From assembly GCA_964016885.1 (NCBI GenBank), contig OZ024743.1, forward strand, positions 41,106,001 to 41,170,000: 64,000 nt of DNA. The letters run 5' to 3'. Positions 33,168 to 49,906 of this stretch are shown piece by piece. The position numbers and the translations under genes are program-made. Source of the DNA: Eledone cirrhosa. Its lineage: Eukaryota. The notes under the pieces were generated by a model. It was given only the letters and a program-made list of their open reading frames with translations, was not told where the DNA came from and searched no databases. Each line of letters starts with the position of its first letter. Position 1 is the stretch's first letter.

Positions 33168-33315
33168 GAGAAATGGAAAAAGATGAGTATTGACATACAT
33201 GTACGTCAATACTCATCTTTTTCCATTTCTCCGAGGGTTCTTAACCCGACTATCAGGCTAAATATTTTCTTTAATTTCTTTAGTCAAAATACGGCGAAAG
33301 CTTACATTTCTAATA
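33168..33315. mobile_element. Second copy of the 19.5-kb SINE-like family, folded back at TACATGTA (33196-33203)
   Basis: Arms 33168-33199 / 33200-33231; right side continues like 19741-19820. Confidence 0.8.
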
Positions 33316-33364
33316 ATTTCAAACCCACTCGCTGTTTCGAAAATATTCTTACTTGATATATATA

Positions 33365-33439
<75 letters not shown>

Positions 33440-33635
33440 GAGAGAGAGATATATAGCAGATAGTGAGAGAGAGAGAAATAGGGAGAGAGTAAGTTAAGGA
33501 TATATATATATATACATGTGTATCTCTATATTTCTCTCTCTCCACACAAGCACGCACTTACATATTATCATTGTATACATATCTTAGTTCGGATCTAGCT
33601 GTCGGGAACTCAGTCTTCGTGGTCCTGACTCTTTT

Positions 33636-33670
<35 letters not shown>

Positions 33671-33672
<2 letters not shown>

Positions 33673-33745
33673 TATATCAAGCGTTTACCTATTATATACC
33701 TTCCATATACTGTACCAATTGTTGTTATTTTTGTTTACCTTTTAC

Positions 33746-33814
<69 letters not shown>

Positions 33815-33886
33815 AAAGGTAAACAAAAATAACAACAATTGGTATAGTATATGGAAGGTATATAATAGGTTAACGCTTGATATAGC
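33671..33886. repeat. ~78-bp inverted arms flanking a central (TA)n
   Basis: gctatatcaagcgtt...ttttaca (TA)n tgtaaaa...aacgcttgatatagc. Confidence 0.9.
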
Positions 33887-33895
33887 AGATAAGGG

Positions 33896-33931
33896 TCTTA
33901 ACGTTTCGGACGCTAATCCTTCATCGGAAGA
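33896..33931 (-). ncRNA. Minimal type I hammerhead-like motif (CCGAUGA core, ACGU palindromic stem III)
   Basis: TCTT-CCGATGA-a-gga-ttagcg-tcc-GAAA-cg-TT-AAGA. Confidence 0.65.
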
Positions 33932-34058
33932 AAGGATGAGAAGTAAAATAGATTAAGGGGACGGGCGGGATGGAATAGGAAAAAATGTCTTTAGATAAAA
34001 ATAATAGGGCCATTCATGTTGACATCTCTTGTACTAATCTATATATAAATATATATAA

Positions 34059-34128
<70 letters not shown>

Positions 34129-34338
34129 GGAACAAAAGGTGGTCCTTCACATAAGTAACATTACTAATTGATATAAAATTAGTTTATCCTTGTTTTTATT
34201 TCTGTTACCCTTTCGTTATTTATTTTGTTCGTTATTCTACTTTTTATCATATATGCGTAAATTATTTTTAATATTGTATCTGTCTTGTTTTCGTTCCGTG
34301 TTCTTACTGTGGTTAAGTTTTTTGCTTTTATTATTAAT

Positions 34339-34516
34339 AGTATCGGTAGAGGGTTGGACGCCATGCTTTCTAGCATAGTTACGTCCCTTTACAGTCTGAG
34401 TTCAAATACCGCCGATGTTAACTTTGCCTTTCATCCCTACGGGGTCGATAAAATAAAGAACCAGTAATGTACTGGATATTTGCTGGCCTTGTGCCTAAAG
34501 TAGAAACAATTATTAA
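34339..34516 (+). mobile_element. Meta-domain-like tRNA SINE
   Basis: B box gagttcaaatac; 'aactttgcctttcatccctacggggtcgataaaa'; tail 'tgctggccttgtgcctaaagtagaaacaattatt'. Confidence 0.88.
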
Positions 34517-34521
34517 TATTA

Positions 34522-34561
<40 letters not shown>

Positions 34562-34620
34562 TATATTTGTGTGTGTGTGGTTTACTTTTTTTAGATTTAA
34601 TACAGTATTTATATTGTTTA

Positions 34621-34652
<32 letters not shown>

Positions 34653-34986
34653 TGTTTGTTTTATTTTAAGTTTCTTATACATATTGTGTTTGTATATATA
34701 CGTTGTTCGCTTTGTTACTGTACTGTTTTCTTTCTCCTGGTTACTTTGTTTAATATCATTGTTGTTTTGCATTCCATTAACAAATAGAACAGATTCGGTT
34801 GGTATATTCTCTGTAAAAGATTCTTCATTTCCCAGACGTGAATTCAGCAACCACAGGAGGCTTGCAAACAGATAGTTGATTCTTGCTACCAATTGAATGA
34901 GCATATATTTTTCCAAAGAAATAAGAATAATATATATATTACATGCATACATACGCACGTACATATATACACATAAATATATATAT

Positions 34987-35105
<119 letters not shown>

Positions 35106-35401
35106 CACTAGGGGATTTTTACTGTGTCATAGTTAGTTGTATTTGACAAGCGGCCATTTCGCTTAATTTTTTTTTTCATTTTGTTTTGGTAGTTTTTCTT
35201 GTTTTTAAATTGTCTTTGCATTTCCTTCATGTATTGGTTGAATGGTGGAATAGTAGAATAGGAGAATGGAATGCTAAAAGCCAGAGAAGCTTAGTTATGA
35301 GAAACTAAGTGATAAAATATAATATAATAAGCTTAAGAGATATTTCCCTTTCTCATTTGATTTATATACCAATATACACATAGGTACTTATATGAATATG
35401 T

Positions 35402-35468
<67 letters not shown>

Positions 35469-35501
35469 TAGAAACAAATATATGCTAACACCACACACTC
35501 T

Positions 35502-35545
<44 letters not shown>

Positions 35546-36101
35546 CACATACATATGTGTATAATATATATATATATATACAGCCACTTATATGTACATA
35601 CACATGCATCTACGTATATATAACTAAGTACCTATACACACGTATACGAAAACGGACACACACACAGATACAGACACACACACACACACTCGCAACAAAT
35701 GTGTGTGTGTGTGTGTGTGTGTGTGCATGAACGTACGAGATGGATTTTGTTTGAAAAGATTATAGCTCTGATTTCTCTACCGACAGCCATTACCGATTGG
35801 TCTACTAAGTTTTATGAAGAATATAGAAGTCATCAGCTCACTACTTTGAAATCCCGTGAGATGGACTGACAAAATTATGATGGAAATCCGCAAAATAAAG
35901 CACAGTCGGATTGGTCGAATTTTTATTTCCAATCTTAATAATGTTGTGATTTATGAGTTCATTCTTTCACCATCATCATCGTTGCAGTAGCAACATTGTT
36001 GCAGTCATCATCCATTTACTCTCCGTCATATCAACTTTGCTAGTTTAAATGTTGTTAGTATATTAATGGTGTTGTTAATATACACATACGTATATACATA
36101 T

Positions 36102-36267
<166 letters not shown>

Positions 36268-36444
36268 ATATGTGTGTGTGTGTGTGAGTGTGTATAGATG
36301 CATGTGTATATAAGCAGGTGTATAGTTACTTGTACAAGTATATAGTTACTTGTATTCAACAACGCAATTAATTATTTTAGCAAGAAACATGCTGGGAATG
36401 AATATAACACCATCACAGCTGCCAAGATATATGATAATAGTAAT

Positions 36445-36740
36445 AATAATTATTTCTATATTAGGCACAAGGCCAGCAATTACTCAGTACATTACTGGTA
36501 CTTTATTAATAGTAATAATAATGATATATATTATAGGCACGAAACCAGTAATTTTTTTTCAGGTGGGGTGGGGTGGGGGTGGGGGAGGAAGACGATTAAA
36601 TCGACCCAATACATTACTGGTACTTTATTTTATCGACCCCATAAGGATGAAAGGCAAAGATAACCTCGACTGGATTTGAAATCAGAACGTAAACAGCCAT
36701 AACTCTAAGCCGGAAGGCGGATTGGCTGACATTCTACAAA
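36445..36740 (-). mobile_element. Two adjacent Meta-like SINE pieces
   Basis: 'ggcacaaggccagcaat', 'actggtactttattttatcgacccc..aggatgaaaggcaaag'. Confidence 0.8.
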
Positions 36741-36994
36741 TAATAATAATAATGTTTTATTGTTTGACCACAAATCTTTTACATAAACAAATACATAAAG
36801 GACACAGCATGACGCTACAATGTGGGTTTCGACATGTAAAAGGAGTATAAAACACAAAATAAAAGGTTTAAAAAAAAAGATAGTAACAGCATTCACCGAA
36901 AAGGAACGTTCTGCTCATCATTCCTGCCATACGCGTCCAGTAATAGTTAATGTTCACTTATCATATATTAATGAGTCAATTAGGGTTGACAATC

Positions 36995-37057
<63 letters not shown>

Positions 37058-37161
37058 TTTACACATACACCAATTAAACAAAGTCACAGGTATATATGTG
37101 TTTTTGCAACTTTTCACGATGTGGCTCAATGGAGAATTAATAAATTAATCAGAGCGAAATG

Positions 37162-37635
37162 CTATAGAGTAAAGCATATCCAGAGAATTATGTGATAATA
37201 TATATACATCATCTCTACTCCCAATCACCATAATTAACCACACAAAAAATAAATTAGATCAGGCTATGAGAATAAAAGGCATCTATGAAGAAACAGTAAA
37301 TAAATACGCCATTGCGGCGTCTTCGTGTGCAACCGCTATAGAGTATTTACCCAACGTTTCAACAGCACGTGGAAATTAATTAAATATACGGTCAACAATA
37401 CATAATTAGGTAAAAACTAATGTTAAAAATGCTTATATACATACCAAGATTAAATCACTAAATCACGACACATGGGTTTCGCTCACTTTTGAGATACCTA
37501 CTGTTTCTCATACATGCCTTTTATTCCTAGAGCCTGGCCTAATTGATTTTTTAGTGTGGTTAATTATGCTGATTGGGAGTAGAGATGATGTATATATATA
37601 ATCAAATAATTCTCTGGACATGCTTTACACTATAG
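37162..37635. repeat. Diverged inverted repeat (arms ~37162-37298 / 37499-37635, ~200-bp spacer)
   Basis: 'tacatcatctctactcccaatca' vs 'tgattgggagtagagatgatgta'. Confidence 0.85.
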
Positions 37636-37733
<98 letters not shown>

Positions 37734-37766
37734 TATATACATATATATATATATATACATATATAC

Positions 37767-37801
<35 letters not shown>

Positions 37802-37856
37802 CATATATACATATATATATATACATATATATATACATATATACATATATATATAC

Positions 37857-37893
<37 letters not shown>

Positions 37894-38138
37894 CATATAT
37901 ACATATACATATACATACATACATATATATATATATATACATATATACATATACATATATACATATATATATATATATACATATATGCATACATACATAT
38001 ATATATATATGCATATATACATACATACATATATATATATATATACATATATACATACATACATATATATATATATGCATATATACATACATACATATAT
38101 ATATATATACATATATACTTACATACATATATATATAT

Positions 38139-38198
<60 letters not shown>

Positions 38199-38244
38199 GT
38201 ATATATATATATATATACATATATACATATACATACATACATAC

Positions 38245-38279
<35 letters not shown>

Positions 38280-38288
38280 CATATATAC

Positions 38289-38319
<31 letters not shown>

Positions 38320-38346
38320 CATATATACATACATACATATATATAT

Positions 38347-38530
<184 letters not shown>

Positions 38531-38777
38531 GTATATAAAGTATCGGCTTCCTGTCTTACTCCGGTTGTAACGTTTTTTGAAATATCCAGTTCTGCGTTTA
38601 CAGATTGACTTTGATAGTTTCAGAAGATCCCGTTAAGGGTGAAATCAGCGATTTTTTGCTTAAACTTTAATCTGTTATTTTAATAAATATTTGCCATACG
38701 GTCCTTATATATTTGATATATATTTATCCTTATCGAGCCCTCTTTGGATTTTAGTCTTCAATTTTATTATTATTACT

Positions 38778-38838
<61 letters not shown>

Positions 38839-38868
38839 TATATACATATATATATATATATGTATATA

Positions 38869-38901
<33 letters not shown>

Positions 38902-38934
38902 GTGATTGTATATATATATATATATATATATGTG

Positions 38935-39032
<98 letters not shown>

Positions 39033-39060
39033 TATATATATACATATAAATATATATACA

Positions 39061-39094
<34 letters not shown>

Positions 39095-39106
39095 CATATA
39101 TATATC

Positions 39107-39160
<54 letters not shown>

Positions 39161-39231
39161 CATATATATATATACATATATATATACATATATATATATA
39201 CACATATATACATATACTTATATATATATAC

Positions 39232-39262
<31 letters not shown>

Positions 39263-39400
39263 CATATATATATACATATATATATATACACATATATACA
39301 TATACTTATATATATATATACATATATATATATATACATATATATATACATATATATGTAGGAGGTGAGTTTTATTGTAGTACAATAAATCATGTCTTCC

Positions 39401-39471
39401 TATTTTATCTGATGAAAACACAAATGTTATTGCATGATGATATTTGTTTTTGAAATGCGCATAATAAAATA
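39401..39471 (+). ncRNA. Type I hammerhead, family H1
   Basis: TATTTTAT-CTGATGA-...-GAAA-tgcgca-TA-ATAAAATA. Confidence 0.85.
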
Positions 39472-39515
39472 CATGGAACTCTTTTAACCATCTTTTGATA
39501 TTATATATTATATAC

Positions 39516-39631
<116 letters not shown>

Positions 39632-39762
39632 GTGAGCTTTTTTTTACAAAATGAAAAATAACCGAGGTGTCCTACACGAGTGAAAGTATAAAGAAAAAGA
39701 GATGAAATCGTAAATGCAACTGAAGTCTTATTTTTAAAAAAAATATATATATTTATTTGGTT

Positions 39763-39800
39763 CCTTTACCGGTTTCGCAGTTCTTCTGCTTTTCAAAAGC
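39763..39800 (-). ncRNA. Minimal type I hammerhead, U3-A8 core, in a ~215-bp repeat (39622-39836)
   Basis: ctt-TTGAAAA-gcag-aagaa-ctgc-GAAA-ccgg-TA-aag. Confidence 0.7.
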
Positions 39801-39890
39801 TGAGTTGAGATGGAGGGTCTGTGGTTTTTCTCACATCTGTGGTTTTTTGTACATATACATATATATACATATACTTATATATATATATAC

Positions 39891-39955
<65 letters not shown>

Positions 39956-40082
39956 CTTATATATATATACATATATATATATACATATATATATACATAT
40001 ACTTATATATATATACATATATATATACATATACTTATATATATATACATATATATATATTTATATATACATATATATATAT

Positions 40083-40120
<38 letters not shown>

Positions 40121-40178
40121 TTATATATATATATATACATATATATATTCATATATATATATACATATATATATATAC

Positions 40179-40281
<103 letters not shown>

Positions 40282-40288
40282 TATATAC

Positions 40289-40319
<31 letters not shown>

Positions 40320-40348
40320 CATATATATATACATATATATATATATAT

Positions 40349-40950
40349 GTCAGGTCACCAGTTGGTGCTACTGGTAACATGTATCCCAGTACAACCTGTC
40401 CCATGGTCGGGTCGTTGGCGACTAAACTGTCAATCCCACCAAGGTTTCTTGGTGAGGAGGGTGGCTTTGGCCATCCTGCCGGACTAAAAACAAAACCAGT
40501 CAAAGGGCAAAGGAGCTCTTAAGAGTCAATGGCCTTCCAAAATCACTGGGAGAGATGACCCCTTAGCCTTTGTCAAGGCAGAATTCTAGGAGAAGGAAAA
40601 CTCTGATATAACACCTGCAACTTTGATGGTATCCAATGATGTTGACTTGTTCTTCTTTTTGGTAAATATCATCTTGGTTAAGAGAGTGGGACTGGCTTTG
40701 TGCAGTGCCTTTGCTCACTATAAAAGCTTCACGGCACAGGCATTGCTTTATATCTGGAGATCTCTCTGCACTTGTCGTCACATGGTACCATGGGCCTAGC
40801 ACTGTGTCAATAATTGTCACACGTGTAGTGTTTGTACCAGAGTTTTCAAGTCGCTGGCTGGACTATAGTCACATTCGTTCATCGCATCGGTAGGGTTCTC
40901 CTACATGGATATAAAGTAGTGGCCGTACTCGAAAACGAGTTGGCAGCCAC
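40349..40950 (+). mobile_element. Probable RTE-clade LINE 5' UTR or derived SINE
   Basis: GC-richer non-coding island in TA with 'ctaggagaaggaaaactctga', a motif recalled from RTE 5' UTRs; no ORF support. Confidence 0.4.
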
Positions 40951-41112
40951 CATATATATATATACATATATATATTAGAAAGTGAGGTTTTTTTTACAAA
41001 ATGAAAAATAACCGAGGTGTCCTACACGAGTGGAAGTATAAAGAAAAAGGGATGAAATCGAAAATGCAACTGAAGTCTTATTTTTTTTAAAAATATATAT
41101 ATTTATTTGGTT

Positions 41113-41150
41113 CCTTTACCGGTTTCGCAGTTCTTCTGCTTTTCAAAAGG
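41113..41150 (-). ncRNA. Minimal type I hammerhead, U3-A8 core, in the duplicate repeat (40972-41186)
   Basis: CCTT-TTGAAAA-GCAG-aagaa-CTGC-GAAA-ccgg-TA-AAGG. Confidence 0.78.
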
Positions 41151-41196
41151 TGAGTTGAGATGGAGGGTCTGTGGTTTTTCTCACATATATATATAC

Positions 41197-41313
<117 letters not shown>

Positions 41314-41581
41314 AACATATATATATATAAACATATATATATATATACATATACATATATATATATATATATATATATGTACATATATATATATATACAT
41401 ATATATATACATATATATATATATACATATATATATATACATATATATATATATACATATATATATATACATATATACACATATATATACATATATATAC
41501 ATATATATACATGTATATATATATATACATATATACACATATATATACATATATATACATATATATACATATATATACATG

Positions 41582-41676
<95 letters not shown>

Positions 41677-41738
41677 ATATATATATATATAAACATATAT
41701 ATATATATAAACACATATATATATATATATATATAAAC

Positions 41739-41801
<63 letters not shown>

Positions 41802-41892
41802 AACATATATATATATAAACATATATATATAAACATATATATATATAAACATATATATATATATAAACATTTATATATATAAACATATATAT

Positions 41893-44800
41893 AACACACA
41901 ATAACAGTTATGAAAAGAACAACTTACACAAAAGTTAACGAACTTTACAGACAGAAACGCATTAACGGTAAGGAAGTCCGAAATCTCACCACACCAAACG
42001 CGAGGGATAACTTCATGAGCGTCATCCGACGTGAAACGAAATACGCCCGAAACGAATGCAATAGGCATTTCAATAAGAAATGAGAATGGATGAATAAGAA
42101 AAAACTAATAGAAAGGAAAATAGTATATTCTCAAAAATACCCAGATAACATCGACAACATCCGTATGACTGATGTAAAACTACCGGAAGAATTTACCAAT
42201 GACCACACAGTAAATATTTATGGGAACACTTTAATCAGTGAACAAGAACAACAAATCCTGCGGCTACCATCAAAATTTGCCATCTACAAAAAGATTAACC
42301 CTATGGAGTGCAAAACGGTGCTGGAAAAGTGTTTCACAAAAATACGTTGGAATGCAAAGGTAAACAACAACAACAACAATAATAACGGTAGTAGTAATAT
42401 AAATAATAACTCTGAGTATAGAAATAACAGCCATAACAATAACAATAGCAGGAAAGTGAGAAATAGTGATAATGGTAATAATACTAACGATAGACAGAAC
42501 AACAACAACCACAATAATAATAATAATAATAATAGAAACATTAACCACAGACACAGCAGCAGCGACCACAGTAGTAATAATGGTAACAATACGAACAACA
42601 ACAACAATAACCACAGTATAATAATGGAAATAGTACATGTAGCAACATCAATGATAGACACAACAAAAACAAGAAACATAATAAAAGTAACAACCACAAT
42701 GGTAGAAATAACAGTAACAACAACAATAACGGTGAGGTAAACAACAATACATCTAGCAATCATAACAATAATAATAATGCTAATGATAGAAACAACAACA
42801 ACCAGATAGAAACAACAACAACCACCAGGATAACAATAATAGCAACACACACAACTATGACGATAGATATAATGACAACCCCTTAGAGAAACTATTTTCA
42901 ACCCAGCTGACAAAACATATAAGATGGGTAATATCTATCCTACGAGGTTACCCTTTAATAAAAGAGTTTGCATACCACAACAAATAGATGACGAGACAGA
43001 GGCACAGTTCACCATAGCTAAAAATAAGATTAGACAAATAGTAGACAGGTATACTAAGAGACAGAGCAGACCAGAGGCCCAACAACTTGGGAGGAAACCT
43101 GTAGAAGGCTTGGTTAGCCTCAAGCAGCGCACAAGGGATGGTGAGGTAGTATGTCTACCCACGAATAAGTCTGGTAGGATGTCAATAGATAGCATGCCGA
43201 ACTACATCAAGGCTATGCAACCCCACATCACCAGCACGAGCGAAATTGCACAACAATCACGATGGGAGAGAGAAAATCCTCAACGCTCACATGATGATGT
43301 GGACTGACATCCTAAAGCTAAGCAGACGCACTGCCAACAACTTCCAGGCGTCTAACAATGGCATACCACCATTGTATGGGCTCCGCAAAGACCACAAGAC
43401 AGTCGAGGACCCGACAACAGAACCATCAACAAGACCCGTATGCGGAGCTAATATAGCTAGTAACTACAGCATCTCCTACTTCTTCTCAATGGTTATACGC
43501 CCCATAATCAAGATGTCCCCAGATGTATGTGACAGTACAGAGGACCTCCTCAGCAGAATCAGTGAGTGCAACAAAACCAGGAACCTATCCAACTGCATAA
43601 TAGGCAGCATGGATGTGGTGTCACTGTACACATCCACTAATATTGATTTTGCTGTGAAAAGATGTGTGGAGATGATCATTGAGAGTGGGGTGGAGTTCTG
43701 CGACGTCGACACAGACGAACTGGGCCTCCTACTTAGACTTACCTACGACACTGACTACCTAGACAGCAATGACATTAGACGTTTCTTGCCCTAGTAGACC
43801 TATAAGAGGTAGACCCTCCACCATAACCTCAATGGCAAAAAAGACTCCCATGGGAAGGTGGATTGGATGGACCAAAGCTATACGGACCCCCCAAAACAAT
43901 GATCAGGTAAGAAAAATGGTCGCACATGCAATAGGGGCTAGTATCAAAACTACCCTAAAGGGCCACATATTTAAGTTCAACGAGAAGATCTACACCCAAA
44001 ATGAGGGAGCAGTCATCGGCGTCAGCATATCTGGTGATGTTGCCAACCTTTTCATGGTATGGTGGGAAAGGATATTTAAAGATCTCCTTAATGAGAGCTC
44101 CATAGACCTCATCATGTACTCTCGTTATGTAGACGATATCAATATAGTTATAAGAACACCCCCACTAGAGAGCACTAACAAGTTTGATTTAGAACGTAGC
44201 ACGATGGAAAGCATCCAGCAGATAGCTAATTCCATACACCAGAGTATAACTGTAACTATCGACTTCCCTTCCAAACACCCTAACAATAGACTACCTGTAT
44301 TAGACACAGAACTCTAGATTAACACTATAGACGAGAGAGCCCAAATTCTCCACTCATACTATGCTAAACCCATGGCCTCCAAATACCTGATACTCAAAAA
44401 CTCAGCAATATCCAGTAGTGCTAAGTTTAATATACTGATCTCAGATTTGGTACGAGTGACGAAGAATGTGTCCCGCATGTGCGACCCAACAGAAATGGAA
44501 TGACACATCCAACACTTCATCAACCGCATGCAGTTCTCTGGCTACAACCAAAGAGACAGAGTCAGAATATACGAAGGAGCCATGGAGAAGTATAAGACCC
44601 TCATAGAACTGGACATTAAATGAATTTGCCCATTATACAGGAGCAAATCATAGAATAGCTTAGATAGGGCTAGACATAAGATAGGAAAAGCCACCTCATG
44701 GTACGACAACCAGAGATACCAGAGTGTCATGTTTGTGGACGCTACCCCTGGAGGGAAATTAGCTAACCAGTGTAGAAAGGCCCTGAGAAAGACCCACTTA

Positions 44801-45714
44801 AAAATAAAGGTGGTAGAAAAGCCAGGAACCACCATAAAATCCCTGATCAGCAAAACCTACCCTTTTAAGAAAACCCACTGTACCAATAGGAAATGTATCA
44901 TATGTAAGGTGAACCCCCGGATAAACTGTAAAACTAGAAACGTAGTCTATAGCATAAGATGTACAGAGGGTACTTGCAGAAACATGACGACAATATACAT
45001 AGGTGAGACAGCTCGTAGCATAGGTGAAAGGATAGACCAACACTGGGGGGAACTAAAAGGACGAAAAAACGCGTCAGTACTATACGAACATGCTAGACAA
45101 CAACATGATGGTAACATAGACAACATAGAAATTAGAATAATAACTAAACATAGAAATGACCCTGCAGATAGGCAAATCAGAGAGGCCAGTGAAATAGAAA
45201 TTAGAAGACCAGGACTAAACAGAAAGAATGAATGGAATAGCAACAACACCCAAACAAACAACACTGACCTAAGAGAAGTATAAATAAGTAAATAAAATAA
45301 AATAAATAAATAAATAAATAAATAAATACATACACAAGCACAATAACAACAAGCACATATACACACACTAGTCACCCATCACACAGCTAACAAAACACCA
45401 TACACACACGCAATCGCATGCGCAAAGAAGACAAAATAAAATAAACAAACAAGCAAATAAATAAATAAATATATAGACAGTCTGAATAAAAATGGCGTAG
45501 ACCAACAATACAACAGGAGGAAAATATAGCACCACTGACGATGTTGCAGATGTGCAACGAAAGATGTATGATAAACTATATATATGTGTTCGTGTCTATA
45601 TTATATCTGTATTATTTTTGACCGTCGGTCAGTCAATGGCAACATTGAGGACCGAGTAAGTCAGATTACCGATATAAAAGACAGCAGCGAGAAGCGAAAA
45701 CCAACCAAACAGTG
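41893..45714 (+). mobile_element. Near full-length decayed PLE, family 1
   Basis: LYGLRKDHK, RPVC, IGSMDVVSLY, GAVIG...VANLFM, YSRYVDD, LPVLD, Cys-rich linker, VVY..YIG endonuclease; TA on both sides. Confidence 0.95.
42090..45283 (+). pseudogene. PLE RT + GIY-YIG polyprotein with frameshifts and stops; Asn-rich AAC/AAT tract at 42360-42860
   Basis: ORF pieces 42090-42740, 42924-43307, 43246-43794, 43769-44317, 44729-45283; premature stops at ~44315, 44501, 44621, 44651. Confidence 0.9.
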
Positions 45715-47560
<1,846 letters not shown>

Positions 47561-47788
47561 TATATATGTATCAATATCTATGTATAATATACAAATACAA
47601 TGAGAGTGAAGGAGAGAGATATATATATAAGTCAGTATAAAAGAATGAGATGATTGCATTTCGCCCTTGACTGAAATGCAATTCAGCAAATACACTAAGT
47701 AATGTGAGGTAGAATAGAGAATGTCTTTATATATAACTATTATATATATTAGTAATATTAATTGTTTCTACTTATTAGTAATATTAAT

Positions 47789-47974
47789 TGTTTCTACTAT
47801 TGGCACAAGGCCAGCAATTACCCAGTACGTTACTGGTACTTTATTTTATCGACCCCGTAAGGATGAAAGGCAAAGTTAACTTCGGCGGGATTTGAACTCA
47901 GAATGGCAAGGGCCGTAACTCTATGTGTTAAAGCATGACGTCCGACCCTCTACCGGTACTGCAAATTCACGCCC
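47789..47974 (-). mobile_element. Meta-like SINE with 13-bp target-site duplication
   Basis: TSD tagtaatattaat at 47776-47788 and 47975-47987. Confidence 0.9.
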
Positions 47975-48629
47975 TAGTAATATTAATGAGAGTAAATTAT
48001 GCAGATATATATTATCTGTTCTTTTTACATAGTATATTGCTATTTTAATTGGTATTGTAATCAAAGTCTGATGACACCCATAGCCTATACTCACTAATGG
48101 CAAATTGTTAAATAAAATGATTCGCTATATGTGGTATTTCACCGTTGGTAGATATTAAATGCCTTGAACTTTCAAATGTTGGTTTGTAAGCTAAATTGTA
48201 TTGATATATATATATACACCGCGTACATATATATGTATATGATAGGCATGGACGCTCTGATATCTTCTCGGCATCCATTCTAGTACACACGCCTTTCTAT
48301 ATACACACCACACACATCCTGTTAAAACCGTTATTTTTCAACTCACCAAACTCCTATTTCTCCTTTGTGTCTTTATTCTTTCCTGATAACGAACTAACGT
48401 CCATTGCCTTGCTGTATCCCTTTTTCTTTTTCCAACACCGGTGAAACTAATAAAACTTTGTGTAATTGCATTTCTGTGGGTTTTATATATATATATATAT
48501 ATACACATACCCCACACGACTCAAAAGTTTAAGTTTTAATCAAATCACGATAAATTGAATTTAGTTCAAATGTGAAGATAATCACATATCGTATATATGC
48601 TCGCATACACACTTTAAACCTATCATACA

Positions 48630-49170
48630 ACTATAGTTTCTGATTCATGCACAAGGCCAACAAATTGGACGGGGGGGGGGGGGGTCATTACATCGACTCT
48701 TGTATGTGACTGGTACTTTATTTTATCGACCTCGAAAGGATGAAAGACAAATTATAGCTTGGTGGGATTTGAAATCAGGATATAAAAAGCCGGAATGAAT
48801 GCCGCAAAACATTTTCTCCAACACTCTAGCGATTCAGCCATTCCACTATCACTAATAATTATTTATTCTACATTTGAAACAAGGCCAGCAATTACCCCCA
48901 GTGCTCTATCAATACTGACTGCCAATCCACCGTCCTTAATCCTCTACCACTAATGATAATGGTTTCTTATATAGTCACAAGGCCAGCAATTTTGGGGAAG
49001 TTGATTAGATCGACCTCAGTGCGTGACTGGTACTTTATTTTATCGACTACATAACGATGAAAGGCAAAGTTAATCTCGGTGGGATTTGAACTCAGAACGT
49101 AGAGGGGCGTAACCGTGTGCTGCAAAGTATGGTGTCCGTCGCTCTACCAATACCGCCAATACACCGCCCT
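48630..49170 (-). mobile_element. Cluster of three same-orientation Meta-like SINEs
   Basis: 'acaaggcca(g)caa' at ~48651, 48880, 48977; repeated flank 'taatcc.ctaccactaatgataat'. Confidence 0.85.
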
Positions 49171-49567
49171 TAATCCACTACCACTAATGATAATAACAGT
49201 GAAACGTAAGTGTTTTTCTAGATATGTTCGCCAGGAACTTATTCCATTTTAGTTGGCAACTGCATTTAAACGTTGGGTTTATTTTAAGTTACTGCGTTAC
49301 TTTGACAGGTTTTGTGCCCGAGTAATATATATATAATATGGAGGCAACCTTAATAACACGCATACTTTGACATACATTTATTCACACACACACAGAGGCA
49401 CACACACACACTCACACATATATATATACTTATACATATATTGAGCGTGTATGTTTGAATACATGTACATTTACACACACACATGTCAATTATTATGGTC
49501 ATTACATAAATCATGTTTGATATTTTAAAATAATTCCTAGAACTCTTGGCGACACCCTAACATCGAC

Positions 49568-49626
<59 letters not shown>

Positions 49627-49906
49627 CAGGAGTAGTAGTAGTAGTAGTAGTAGTAGTAGCAAGAGTAGTAGCAGGAGTAGTAGTAGTAGCAGGAGCAGCA
49701 GTGGTGATGGTGTCGGTGGTGGTGTTAGAATCAGCCGCATTAGTGATAATGATAATAATGTTATTGACCGTGTTAGTAGAATTAGTAATAGTAGAATTAT
49801 AGTAGTAGTAGCTGTAGTAGTAGTAGTAATAGTAGTAGTAGTAGTAGTCGTAGTAGTAGTAGTAGTAACATCAGCAGCAGTAGTAGTAGCAGTTGTAATA
49901 GTAGTA
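49568..49906. repeat. (AGT)n trinucleotide microsatellite
   Basis: Direct reading. Confidence 0.95.

Noticed and set aside
44490-44660. In-frame TGA codons in the PLE ORF as possible selenocysteine (reported for some Naiads)
   Set aside because: The paralogous copy has AGA and GGA at those positions and TAG stops also occur, so this is simple decay. The Naiad ORF at 54.6-56.3 kb has no internal TGA.
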